Origin: Anaerolineae bacterium
GTDB taxonomy: Bacteria > Chloroflexota > Anaerolineae > DAOTYC01
Direction: 5' to 3'
DNA length: 64,000 nucleotides
Assembly: GCA_034435095.1 (NCBI GenBank)
Contig: DAOTYC010000060.1
Location: forward strand, 2,577-66,576
A program made the position numbers and the translations under genes. Of this stretch, positions 28,244 to 36,863 are shown piece after piece; position 1 is the stretch's first letter, and every line of letters begins with the position of its first letter. The notes under the pieces are model-generated. The model ran no database searches. It saw only the letters and a program-made list of their open reading frames with translations, and had not been told where the DNA came from.

Positions 28244-29053
28244 ATGAACGAATATCTTTTGCGAGAAGATGCCCCTCTTTCTAAGGAAGATTGGGAACGG
28301 ATTGACAACACGGTAGTCGAAGTAGCCAAAAGGTTGTTGGTTGGGCGGCGATTCATTCATCTGTTTGGCCCACTGGGGCATGGCGTCCAGTTCGTCACCG
28401 TAGACCGACTGGATGGCGCAGCAGGTGATGTCGTCGCTGTGGACTTGAGCCAACGACAGGTCGTCCAGTTGGTCACCATTCAAAAGGATTTCAAACTGCT
28501 GTGGCAAGATCTCGCCAACGGTGAACAGACCGGCTTGAAGTTCGATGTGGGGCCGGTGGCTGTCGCGGCTGTCGCGGCCGCCCAGGCCGAAGACGAACTG
28601 ATCTTCAAAGGTGGGAGTGGCATGGAGGGATTGCTGAGCGTCAAGGGCCACACCACTTCCCCATTGGGCAATTGGGACGAGGTCAATGCAGGTATCATGG
28701 CGGTAGCCGGCGCGGTTGGGAAGCTCATGGGCCGCGGCTTTTTGGGGCCATTTGCACTGGTCACCAACCCCGTGACCTACGCCAAGTTGTTGCGTCCCGT
28801 GCATGGTCAGGGCGCTCAGCTCGAAATCAAACTGGTGGAACAAATCGCGACGGCTGGCATTTTCCAGACACCAGCGTTGAAAGAAAATGAAGCGGTTGTG
28901 GTCTCCACCGGGCCGGAAAACCTCGACCTGGCGGTGGGACAGGACCTGGTCACAGCCTATCTGGGGCCGGACGGCCTGGACCACATCTTCCGCCTGGTAG
29001 AGACGGTCGCCCTGCGCATCAAGCGACCAGGGGCAATTTGCGTCCTGAAATAG
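28244..29053 (+). CDS. Family 1 encapsulin shell protein (HK97-fold, linocin M18-like)
   Basis: MNEYLLREDAPLSKEDWERIDNTVVEVAKRLLVGRRF and the C-terminal DLAVGQDLVTAYLGPDGLDHIFRLVETVALRIKRPGAICVLK align motif-for-motif with T. maritima/M. xanthus encapsulins (L.R..APL....W..ID ... LILGQDLSIGYED...ETFTF). AAGGAGG RBS. Confidence 0.85.
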   Translation: MNEYLLREDAPLSKEDWERIDNTVVEVAKRLLVGRRFIHLFGPLGHGVQFVTVDRLDGAAGDVVAVDLSQRQVVQLVTIQKDFKLLWQDLANGEQTGLKFDVGPVAVAAVAAAQAEDELIFKGGSGMEGLLSVKGHTTSPLGNWDEVNAGIMAVAGAVGKLMGRGFLGPFALVTNPVTYAKLLRPVHGQGAQLEIKLVEQIATAGIFQTPALKENEAVVVSTGPENLDLAVGQDLVTAYLGPDGLDHIFRLVETVALRIKRPGAICVLK

Positions 29054-29083
29054 AGACCAGTCCGTCTGGAATGAACGAGTGAA

Positions 29084-29128
29084 GGAGAGCGAAGATGACC
29101 ATAATTCATCTTCGCTCCTTTTGTTTTT
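29084..29128 (+). terminator. rho-independent terminator ending the encapsulin operon
   Basis: GAGCGAAGATGA-ccataat-TCATCTTCGCTC is a 12-bp perfect stem, followed by CTTTTGTTTTT. Confidence 0.65.
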
Positions 29129-29265
29129 GATAGGCCGGTCAAATTCTAACAAATCTCTAGTGGAATTATCCCTCGATATGGTGTATAATAGAGTTGAACA
29201 AAGGGGAGCCGTTGGGTGGCCCTTACGGTCATGAATCGTGAATGAACTTGAAAGGCTGAAGCAAG

Positions 29266-29928
29266 ATGTCGCACGGGATGTGGGAACTGCCCGACCTTTC
29301 GGAGAACTTATCTCGGCAGAGTGAATCGTTTGGAGAGGACCTCCGTCAGGTCTCCTACGCTGCGGGCGAGACAATCTACACGCCAAAGGCTGGCAGTGAA
29401 GCCGTGTATTTGTTGATCGAAGGCGAAGTACAGCTCTATCGGCTGGGCTCAGACGGCCGACGGTTCACGGTGGCGGTCCTGAAACCGGGTGCAGTATTCG
29501 GTCAGGCCAGCTTGTTGGGCAGCCTGGAGTCGGAAACGTATGCTGAAGCGACCGCGCCGTCCGCTGTGTGGTGTATTGCCGGACGCAGTGCTCAGGAGGT
29601 GTTTTCGCGCAGTCCCAGCCTCAGATTTGGCCTGCTCACCGGGCTGAGCCGACGCCTGGCCGATGCTGAGGAGCGTCTGGAGTGGATGGCCTACAAAAAG
29701 GTCTCGGCCCGGCTGGCCGGGCTGCTGCTGCAAATGATGGATGCAGAACGAAAAACGGTCACAGGCATCACCCATCAGAAGATGGCAGATATGCTGGGCG
29801 CGTACCGTGAGACTGTCAGCCAGGCGTTCAGAGAGCTTCGCGTTAAAGGCCTGGTCAGCCCTGGTCGCAAGAACATCAAGATACTGAACCCGGAGGGGCT
29901 CAGAAAAATGGCTGAGAATATGAATTAG
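29266..29928 (+). CDS. Crp/Fnr-family transcriptional regulator
   Basis: N-terminal cNMP-binding beta-roll and C-terminal HTH (MADMLGAYRETVSQAFRELRVKGLV). No N-terminal Cys cluster is seen, so it is probably not an Fe-S FNR. Confidence 0.85.
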   Translation: MSHGMWELPDLSENLSRQSESFGEDLRQVSYAAGETIYTPKAGSEAVYLLIEGEVQLYRLGSDGRRFTVAVLKPGAVFGQASLLGSLESETYAEATAPSAVWCIAGRSAQEVFSRSPSLRFGLLTGLSRRLADAEERLEWMAYKKVSARLAGLLLQMMDAERKTVTGITHQKMADMLGAYRETVSQAFRELRVKGLVSPGRKNIKILNPEGLRKMAENMN

Positions 29929-29941
29929 GAGGTAACTTGTA

Positions 29942-30370
29942 ATGTACAGCAAAATCGTCGTGACTCTCGACGGGTCTGCTCATGCCGAATGTGCACTCTC
30001 ACATGCCGAAGCATTGGCCAAGAGCCTGGGCGTCGAGCTGGTGCTGCTGCAAGTAGTCCCTTACCCCGAGGTGAGGGATGAAGCTGTTGAGCTCGAATGG
30101 CAGGAAGCCGCCCGCAAGTATATGGACGACATTGCGGCGGGCCTCAAGAGCCTGGGAGTCGAATCCCGTGTCGAAGTCTTATGGGGAGATGTGGCTGAGA
30201 AGATCGTTGAATATGTGGAAGAAGACAAGAATGCTCTGTTGGTGATGTCCACGCATGGCCGGACAGGATTAGCTAAATTGGCATTTGGCAGCGTCACCGA
30301 AAGAGTGTTAAGAGAGGCAAAGACCACTCCAGTGCTTGTGTGTCGTTGCATGGACAGCGGCGCTGCATAG
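29942..30370 (+). CDS. universal stress protein (UspA family)
   Basis: MYSKIVVTLDGSAHAECAL...VMSTHGRTGLAKLAFGSVTERVLREAKTTPVLV. Confidence 0.85.
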   Translation: MYSKIVVTLDGSAHAECALSHAEALAKSLGVELVLLQVVPYPEVRDEAVELEWQEAARKYMDDIAAGLKSLGVESRVEVLWGDVAEKIVEYVEEDKNALLVMSTHGRTGLAKLAFGSVTERVLREAKTTPVLVCRCMDSGAA

Positions 30371-30567
30371 GTCGCTTTTCCCGACTTCATGGGCCACCGG
30401 GCAGGCTCTTCATCAGGCGGCACGCGCTGCTTGATGGAGAGCCTGTCTTATTTCACGGACTATGCAGCTTATGTTGCCAGTAATCCAAAGTGGTGTATAA
30501 TCATTGTCGGGCGCACCTGCTGATATTCCCACCTTCACCGCGCTGGACATACAAGGAGGTCACGCAA

Positions 30568-31122
30568 ATGAACGTACTGAACCGCATTATTGTGGTGATT
30601 CTGTTGTTGATTTTGGTGGTCCTTATGCCTGTGCTGATATTCTTTATCATGGCGATGCCAGAAACTTCCATCGCCGCAGTCGAACAGGCTGTTTCATTCA
30701 TCAAGTCGCAAATGTCTTTCTTCAATCGTTTGATTTTCTCTATACTCGCGGCCGTGGTGTTCGTGGTATCTCTGTTCCTGCTCTGGGTGGAAGTCCGCCG
30801 GCCTAAGGCGCGAGTCGTCGCCGTCCAGGAAGTGAAAGTGGGAGAAGCGCGAGTCAACATTGACTCCATCGTTCAGCGACTGGAATACAATATTGACCGC
30901 CTGCAGGATGTCGTGAGCGCCCGACCGGTGGTGAAACCAAAGGGCAACGGCGTGGATGTGCTGGTTCACCTGGAAACCGCACCAGAAATTGACATTCCGA
31001 TGAAGACCGAGGAGGTCGTCCAGCTCACCCGTGAAGTGATTGAATCGCAAATGGGTCTGAAGCTGCACAATGTCAGCGTCGAGATCAAACACGCGCCGTA
31101 CCCTGAAGACACGGTTTTATAG
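30568..31122 (+). CDS. membrane-anchored hypothetical protein (AmaP/alkaline-shock-anchor-like)
   Basis: N-terminal TM MNVLNRIIVVILLLILVVLMPVLIFFIMAM, a second TM, then a soluble domain. RBS AAGGAGG. The promoter -10 is GGTGTATAAT at ~30491-30500. Confidence 0.45.
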   Translation: MNVLNRIIVVILLLILVVLMPVLIFFIMAMPETSIAAVEQAVSFIKSQMSFFNRLIFSILAAVVFVVSLFLLWVEVRRPKARVVAVQEVKVGEARVNIDSIVQRLEYNIDRLQDVVSARPVVKPKGNGVDVLVHLETAPEIDIPMKTEEVVQLTREVIESQMGLKLHNVSVEIKHAPYPEDTVL

Positions 31123-31227
31123 ACTGAGTCGCCTGATAATGCCGGGAACGCAGGCATCTGGCCCCAAATCAGCCCGAGACAGTGTGCGTGTGGGGAATAG
31201 AAGCTCGCACGCTTTACAGACAGCGAA

Positions 31228-31797
31228 TTAGCCGGTACGGATGCGCCCGGTTAGAAGTATTTCAGACTCCAATATTTCGATGTTCATCACCTGAACATCC
31301 AACTGAGCTTCCAGGAGAGTCTCATTGATGGTTTGAGACAGGGCGTCCAAGACAAAACCAGGTACTGGAAAGGGGCCCGCAGAACTTTTCTGGATTTCGA
31401 ATTGGACTCGGTCGTTGACAACCTGCGCCGAAGAGACCAACGTCACCCTGATTCTAAACGGCAGCACGCCTACCACGGTGACGGCTGCGAAAATTTTGCC
31501 TTTGGTGAAGCGGACCCGCGGGTCCGCTATCATCGCTTGTGGCTCTTTCGCCGCGCGAAGGGCCAACCAGGAGCTCATCTCTTCGTCGCTAATCTTTAGA
31601 TTGAACTGGCTGCTCGGCCCTTGCTGCAACGCCTCAGCGACTTTCTTTTCCAGGCGGAGGGCCGCTTCTTCGGAGACAGATATAGGGCCGCCAGGGAGTT
31701 CTGAGTTCGGGTCGGTTTGTCCTGGCACACAGGCCAGGGTCATGACCACAACGAACAACAGGCATCCCAGCAGCAATACGGAACGACCTCCATTCAT
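31228..31797 (-). CDS. hypothetical secreted protein or lipoprotein
   Basis: Signal peptide with VMTLAC lipobox-like cleavage site. I recognise no family. Confidence 0.45.
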   Translation of the reverse strand: MNGGRSVLLLGCLLFVVVMTLACVPGQTDPNSELPGGPISVSEEAALRLEKKVAEALQQGPSSQFNLKISDEEMSSWLALRAAKEPQAMIADPRVRFTKGKIFAAVTVVGVLPFRIRVTLVSSAQVVNDRVQFEIQKSSAGPFPVPGFVLDALSQTINETLLEAQLDVQVMNIEILESEILLTGRIRTG

Positions 31798-31924
31798 CGC
31801 GCCGCGTCCTCCTTTTGACGTTCGGTCAGAGTCTATATTGATAACAGGGACAAATCGGCGACAGTGATTATACCAAATACCCGACCGTCAGACAAAAACC
31901 GGGCGGGCGGGTTTCATCGGCAAG

Positions 31925-32533
31925 GTGCTGAAATCAGTGAGAAGTGAGACAGAATCCAAAGACATCAGCGAGATTAAGCTCATCTTGGAAAGCCTGCTGT
32001 TCGTTGCGACAGAGGCAATCGCTGTGTCTCGTTTGGCAGATGTGGCGGGCGTTTCTCCGGCGGAAGTAGAAAGTGCCCTGCGAGAATTGGAAGCGGACTA
32101 TCAACAGCGTGGCTTTCGCTTGCAGCGGCACAGGGACATGGTACAACTGGTCAGCGCGCCCGAAATGGCCTCCTATGTGGAGAAATTTCTAGGTTTAGAT
32201 TTGACGACTAAGCTGTCAGCGGCAGCTCTCGAGACCCTGGGGATCATTGCCTATCGCCAACCGGTGACCCGCGCCCAAATTGAGGCCATTCGCGGTGTGA
32301 ACTGCGATGGTGTTTTGCGCACGCTGTTGAACTTCGGCTTGATAGAGGAATGTGGGCGCCTCGAACAGGCGGGCCGGCCGATCCTGTACGGCACCACTTT
32401 TCAGTTTCTACAGTACTTCGGCTTATCCAGGCATGATGAATTGCCACCGCTGGAGGAAATTGCCGGGCAAGACCCGCCGGACTCGTCGGCTGATGCGGAA
32501 CGCGATGAGTCAGTCAAGTACCTTAAATCATGA
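31925..32533 (+). CDS. scpB: segregation and condensation protein B
   Basis: ILESLLFVATEAIAVSRLADVAGVSPAEVESALRELEADYQQRGFRLQ is a canonical ScpB winged helix. Confidence 0.85.
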   Translation: MLKSVRSETESKDISEIKLILESLLFVATEAIAVSRLADVAGVSPAEVESALRELEADYQQRGFRLQRHRDMVQLVSAPEMASYVEKFLGLDLTTKLSAAALETLGIIAYRQPVTRAQIEAIRGVNCDGVLRTLLNFGLIEECGRLEQAGRPILYGTTFQFLQYFGLSRHDELPPLEEIAGQDPPDSSADAERDESVKYLKS

Positions 32534-33452
32534 GTCGAATGGAGACCCGACCTTGACTGCTAAAGAACGATTACAAAAAGTATTGGCATCGTATGGAATC
32601 GCCTCGCGCCGGGCGTGTGAGGAGATGATCCGCGCCAGGCGCGTGCAAGTGAACGGCCACATCATCACCGAACAAGGCGTCAAGGTTGACCCGGCTGTGG
32701 ATGACATCCGCGTCGACGATGTTCCCCTGCCCAAGAAGATGCCGTTGACCTATATCCTGCTCAACAAACCGGTGGGGGTGGTTTCGACCGCAAGCGATGA
32801 GAAGGGACGCAAAACAGTTGTGGATTTGGTCCCCTCTACAGTGAGGGTCTACCCGGTGGGCAGATTAGACGCCGACAGCGAGGGCCTGATCCTGCTGACC
32901 AATGATGGCGAGCTGACCCATTATCTGACCCACCCCCGCTACGGGCATAAGCGCGAGTACCGCGTGTTGGTCATCGGCAGGCCAGAGGAGGAATCGCTCC
33001 AGAGAATACGACGCGGCATGATCCTCGAAGAAGGACCCACCGGCCCCGCCGTTGCCGAGATTGTTGGCCCAAAAGGCTGCGAACGGGACCACCTCCCCGC
33101 GCCCGAACGCGGCACAACCTGGCTGAAAATTGTCATCGGCGAGGGCCGCAAACATCAAGTACGGCGCATGTGCGAGATCATCGGCCACCCGGTGCTGCGA
33201 CTTATCCGGGTCGGCATGGGGCCGCTTCGCCTGGGCAATTTGCCCATCGGCCAATACAGGTACTTGACTCCAGAGGAGGCCGCCGCCCTGCGCTCGGCGG
33301 TCAGCGGCAGTGAAAAGCGATCAGGGGGCGGACGAACCCGAATTGCACACCAGCCTGCTCTTCCAGCAGGCCGGCATCCTCAGACCGGTCGCAGCAATGC
33401 CGTTCCACGCTCTGTCGGACGAAACAGACCTGGCACACGGAGAGAAGAATAG
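32493..33452 (+). CDS. rluB: RluB/RsuA-family rRNA pseudouridine synthase
   Basis: S4 domain ERLQKVLASYGIASRRACEEMIRARRVQVNG and catalytic VGRLDADSEGLILLTNDGELTHYLTHPRYGHKREY. The start is ambiguous: ATG ~32493 or ~32505, and the track start at 32352 overlaps scpB. Confidence 0.8.
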   Translation: MRNAMSQSSTLNHESNGDPTLTAKERLQKVLASYGIASRRACEEMIRARRVQVNGHIITEQGVKVDPAVDDIRVDDVPLPKKMPLTYILLNKPVGVVSTASDEKGRKTVVDLVPSTVRVYPVGRLDADSEGLILLTNDGELTHYLTHPRYGHKREYRVLVIGRPEEESLQRIRRGMILEEGPTGPAVAEIVGPKGCERDHLPAPERGTTWLKIVIGEGRKHQVRRMCEIIGHPVLRLIRVGMGPLRLGNLPIGQYRYLTPEEAAALRSAVSGSEKRSGGGRTRIAHQPALPAGRHPQTGRSNAVPRSVGRNRPGTRREE

Positions 33453-33456
33453 CGCT

Positions 33457-34152
33457 ATGAAGAAAATCTCTACTATCGCCATTGATGGGCCTGTGGCCTC
33501 TGGGAAAAGCACCGTCGGTCAGCGGTTGGCCCGCAAGCTGAACTATCTGTACTTCGATACCGGGGTCATGTACCGCGCTATCACCTGGGCTGCCCTCAAG
33601 CGGGGCATCCCCATCGAAGACGAGGCCGCGCTCAGCGCATTGGCCGAGGAAGTTGCCATCACGGTTACTCAACCAACTGTAGACGATGGGCGGCAATACG
33701 ATGTATACGCCGATGATGAAGACATCACCTGGGCCATTCGCTCGCCGGAGGTCGAACGGTATGTCTCACCCGTCTCGGCTTATCCCGGCGTCCGCCGTGC
33801 CCTGACCCGCCAACAGAGGGCAATTGGTCTGCGCGGCCATGTGGTGATGGTGGGCCGGGATATTGGCACGGTGGTGCTGCCAGATGCCGACCTGAAAATC
33901 TATTTGGATGCCTCGGTCAATGAGCGCGCCCGACGCCGTTACCAGGAAAAGCTGGCCCGCGGCGAACAGGCCGACCTGGAAGAAGTGCTGGTCTCCACCC
34001 GCCGACGCGATGAGATTGATTCGACTCGAGCCGCTGCGCCGCTACGCGCCGCAGACGACGCGGTGATCGTGCCGACGGACGACCTCGATGTGGATGGCGT
34101 GGTGGAGGTCATCCTGCGGATTCTGGCCGCACGCGAGCGAGAGGACCCGTGA
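33457..34152 (+). CDS. cmk: cytidylate kinase
   Basis: MKKISTIAIDGPVASGKSTVGQRLARKLNYLYFDTGVMYRAITWAALK. ATG ~33457 lies directly after the rluB stop. Confidence 0.9.
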   Translation: MKKISTIAIDGPVASGKSTVGQRLARKLNYLYFDTGVMYRAITWAALKRGIPIEDEAALSALAEEVAITVTQPTVDDGRQYDVYADDEDITWAIRSPEVERYVSPVSAYPGVRRALTRQQRAIGLRGHVVMVGRDIGTVVLPDADLKIYLDASVNERARRRYQEKLARGEQADLEEVLVSTRRRDEIDSTRAAAPLRAADDAVIVPTDDLDVDGVVEVILRILAAREREDP

Positions 34153-35438
34153 AGCCAATCGGCGGGATGGTAGCGCGCGTCTTGCCCGGCAGTATCGCCG
34201 ACGAGCTCGACCTGAAACCCGGCGACCAGATCATCTCGATCAACGGGCATGTCCTGCACGATGTCATTGATTACCGCTTCTACGGCGCGGAAGAACACAT
34301 CGAACTGTTGGTGCGTCGAGGAGATGAAGAGCTGCTGTTCGAGGTCGAGCGCGACTACGGCGAGGAACTGGGACTGGAATTTGCAGAACCAACGTTCGAT
34401 GGCGTGCGCCATTGCGTTAACCACTGCTCATTCTGCTTCATCAAGGGGATGCCACCGGGTCTGCGGCCCTCTCTTTATGTCAAAGACGACGATTACCGCT
34501 ATTCATTTCTGTTCGGCAACTTCATTACGTTGACCAACCTCTCCGAGGCGGACTGGACGAGAATTGCCGAACAGCACCTCAGCCCCTTGTACATCTCAGT
34601 CCATGCGACCGACGATGCCCTGCGCCGCCGTTTGTTGAGTAACCCAAGGGCGCCCGAAATCCTGCCTCAGTTGTGCCGCCTGCGAGACCTCGGCATTGAA
34701 ATGCACACCCAGATTGTGCTGACGCCCGGGCAAAACGACGGCGACTGCCTGCACCGAACGGTTTCAGACCTGGCAGGCCTGTGGCCCGCCGTGCGCAGCG
34801 TGGGCATCGTGCCGGTCGGCCTGACGCGCTTCCAGCGTGGCTGTGGCCGCGTTTACCGCGCCGATGAAGCAGAGCCGCTGCTGGACACAGTGGCTGCATG
34901 GCAAAAGCACTATCGTCGGCAGTTTGGCCTGAATTGGGTCTACGCCGCCGATGAATGGTACCTGCTGGCCGGGCGGCCTGTGCCCTCGGCCAGAGCATAC
35001 GACGGATTCCCGCAGGTGGAGAACGGCATTGGCCTGGTCCGTATCCTGTTGGACGATTGGGTCAAGGCGCGTCGCAAGAAGCCGCCCACGGCCCAATCAC
35101 CCATTACCCTGGTTTGCGGGATACTGATCGCTCCGCTTTTGAGCCAATTAGCCGATGAGTTGGCCGCATTCGTGGGAGTGTCGGCAGACGTCCTGCCCGT
35201 AGCGAACCGCTTCTTCGGCGAGCAGGTCACTGTCTCCGGTCTGCTGACCGGTCAGGATGTACGCACCGCTCTGCAACGCGCCCGCCCGACGGGCTGGGTT
35301 TTCCTGCCTCGCGCCATGTTCGATGACGCGGGCCGCGCCACCCTGGACGACCTCACAATTCCCGAAATCGCCCAGGGACTCGACGCGCGAATCGAGATAG
35401 CAGCGACGCTGAGTCAGGTTGTCCGAGCGATGAGCTAA
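34149..35438 (+). CDS. DUF512-type PDZ-domain / radical-SAM-like protein
   Basis: N-terminal PDZ (VARVLPGSIADELDLKPGDQIISING), then CVNHCSFCF (CxxxCxxC) and the conserved downstream core. Confidence 0.7.
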   Translation: MKPIGGMVARVLPGSIADELDLKPGDQIISINGHVLHDVIDYRFYGAEEHIELLVRRGDEELLFEVERDYGEELGLEFAEPTFDGVRHCVNHCSFCFIKGMPPGLRPSLYVKDDDYRYSFLFGNFITLTNLSEADWTRIAEQHLSPLYISVHATDDALRRRLLSNPRAPEILPQLCRLRDLGIEMHTQIVLTPGQNDGDCLHRTVSDLAGLWPAVRSVGIVPVGLTRFQRGCGRVYRADEAEPLLDTVAAWQKHYRRQFGLNWVYAADEWYLLAGRPVPSARAYDGFPQVENGIGLVRILLDDWVKARRKKPPTAQSPITLVCGILIAPLLSQLADELAAFVGVSADVLPVANRFFGEQVTVSGLLTGQDVRTALQRARPTGWVFLPRAMFDDAGRATLDDLTIPEIAQGLDARIEIAATLSQVVRAMS

Positions 35439-35442
35439 CGGT

Positions 35443-35565
35443 TTATCCACGGATCCCGGCCTTGCCCGCCAATTCGGCGGCGAACTTGCCAGAGCGAATA
35501 ACCAACGGTACGCCACCGCCGGGCTGCACGGTCGCCCCGGCGTAGAAGAGATTAGGGAAATATGG
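35443..35565 (-). pseudogene. 3' remnant of a CrtI/CrtD-family FAD-dependent desaturase gene, truncated by insertion of the R-M islet
   Basis: Minus-strand frame PYFPNLFYAGATVQPGGGVPLVIRSGKFAAELAGKAGIRG* aligns with the CrtI C-terminus in this window (KFANLYFTGGATHPGTGLPIVLISAKLTAERVVTGR*). An in-frame TGA lies immediately upstream at the GC-content break. Confidence 0.5.
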
Positions 35566-35598
35566 TCATCGCTTCAAAATTGGCTGGCGCGACGAATC

Positions 35599-35628
35599 TT
35601 GACAAAGCACCCAGTATATTGTATAATT
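35599..35628 (+). promoter_or_regulatory. near-consensus sigma70 promoter of the Phd-like/MTase operon
   Basis: TTGACA-18 nt-TATAAT. Confidence 0.6.
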
Positions 35629-35649
35629 TGGCTAAATTATACAATATAC
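35614..35649. promoter_or_regulatory. perfect 16-bp inverted repeat (putative operator) overlapping the -10 and TSS
   Basis: GTATATTGTATAATTT-ggct-AAATTATACAATATAC. The arms are exact reverse complements. Confidence 0.55.
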
Positions 35650-35667
35650 GAAGTTGGAGCAGACGGA

Positions 35668-35910
35668 ATGGTTACCAAGACTATCTCTTCCACTACTGCA
35701 CAGAATAACTTTGGCCGCGTTCTTGATGACGTGATTCAAAATGATTCTCGCTATGTCATCAAGCGTCGAGGCTTGCCGCAAGCCATACTGTTGAGTTTGC
35801 CGGATTTTGAAAGATTGTTGGTAGCCAATGCTCACGAACGGTTGGCGGTGGGGCAGCTACTGCGCGAAATCGGGCCAGTGTACCAACTTGGAGAGACTAT
35901 TAAGCAGTAA
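35668..35910 (+). CDS. Phd/YefM-fold antitoxin-like DNA-binding protein (putative controller of the R-M system)
   Basis: 80 aa, MVTKTISSTTAQNNFGRVLDDVIQNDSRYVIKRRGLPQAILLSLPDFERLL, matches the Phd/YefM N-terminal fold. It ends 8 nt before the MTase ATG. No cognate toxin gene is adjacent. Confidence 0.65.
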   Translation: MVTKTISSTTAQNNFGRVLDDVIQNDSRYVIKRRGLPQAILLSLPDFERLLVANAHERLAVGQLLREIGPVYQLGETIKQ

Positions 35911-35918
35911 GTGACAAC

Positions 35919-36863
35919 ATGACAATTGAGCAACTTGAGCGCATTTATACACTTCACTATGAATTTCATCGTTTCACAAATTCGATTGTGATACATGCGG
36001 ATTGTTTTGCGTGGATGAGCGAAATTCCCCCTGACAGCATTCATGCTATCGTCACAGATCCTCCCTACGGAGTGAAAGAATACGATCCAGAACAATTAGA
36101 AAAGCGAGCAAATGGAAATGGGGGAGTTTGGCGCATCCCACCATCCTTTGATGGCCATGTCAGGTCGCCTTTACCACGCTTTACCGCGCTGAATCAAAAG
36201 GAAAGAGAGCGAATTCGAGAGTACTTTTGTGAGTGGGCTCAACTGGCTTTACGAATCTTACGCCCTGGCGCCCATGTTTTCCTGGCATCAAACGTTTTCC
36301 TCTCACAAATAGTCTTTGCCGCGATTGCTGATGCTGGCTTAGAGTTCCGTGGGCAGGTGGTCAGATTGGTCAGAACATTCCGAGGTGGCGATAGGCCAAA
36401 GAACGCGGAGGATGAATTTCGAGACGTTTGCTCAATGCCACGCGGTTGTTATGAACCATGGGGCATCTTTCGAAAACCTATCCCCAAAGAAATGACTCTG
36501 AGCGAATGCCTACGAATCTTCCAAACCGGCGGCTTGCGTCGAAAACCAGATGGCAACCCCTTTGAGGATGTCATCGAAAGTGAACGCACACCACAAAAGG
36601 AGCGAATGATAGCTGACCACCCAAGCCTGAAGCCGCAATCTTTTCTTCGCCAAATCGTGCACGCTTCTTTGCCGTTGGGTGAAGGGATAGTACTTGACCC
36701 TTTTATGGGCTCTGGTTCTACCATTGCGGCGGCTGAAGCGACAGGATATTCTGCTCTTGGTGTTGAGAAGTGCAGAGAATACTACTCGATGAGCTTACAG
36801 GCCATTCCTTCTTTGTCTTCGCTTTATGTCAAAGAGACACAAATGTCTTTTCAGTTAATCTAA
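35919..36863 (+). CDS. beta-class N6-adenine/N4-cytosine DNA methyltransferase
   Basis: Motif IV IVTDPPYG comes before motif I LDPFMGSGSTIAAAE. That order places it in the beta group. Confidence 0.85.
   Translation: MTIEQLERIYTLHYEFHRFTNSIVIHADCFAWMSEIPPDSIHAIVTDPPYGVKEYDPEQLEKRANGNGGVWRIPPSFDGHVRSPLPRFTALNQKERERIREYFCEWAQLALRILRPGAHVFLASNVFLSQIVFAAIADAGLEFRGQVVRLVRTFRGGDRPKNAEDEFRDVCSMPRGCYEPWGIFRKPIPKEMTLSECLRIFQTGGLRRKPDGNPFEDVIESERTPQKERMIADHPSLKPQSFLRQIVHASLPLGEGIVLDPFMGSGSTIAAAEATGYSALGVEKCREYYSMSLQAIPSLSSLYVKETQMSFQLI

Noticed and set aside
28058-29386. 442-aa minus-strand ORF overlapping the encapsulin gene
   Set aside because: The encapsulin shell homology and RBS on the plus strand are decisive. 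The minus ORF would also run through the intrinsic terminator.
35148-35516. 122-aa minus ORF called in the ORF track
   Set aside because: It is in a different frame from the desaturase-homologous remnant and has no recognisable features. The homologous frame is the 40-codon fragment reported as a pseudogene.
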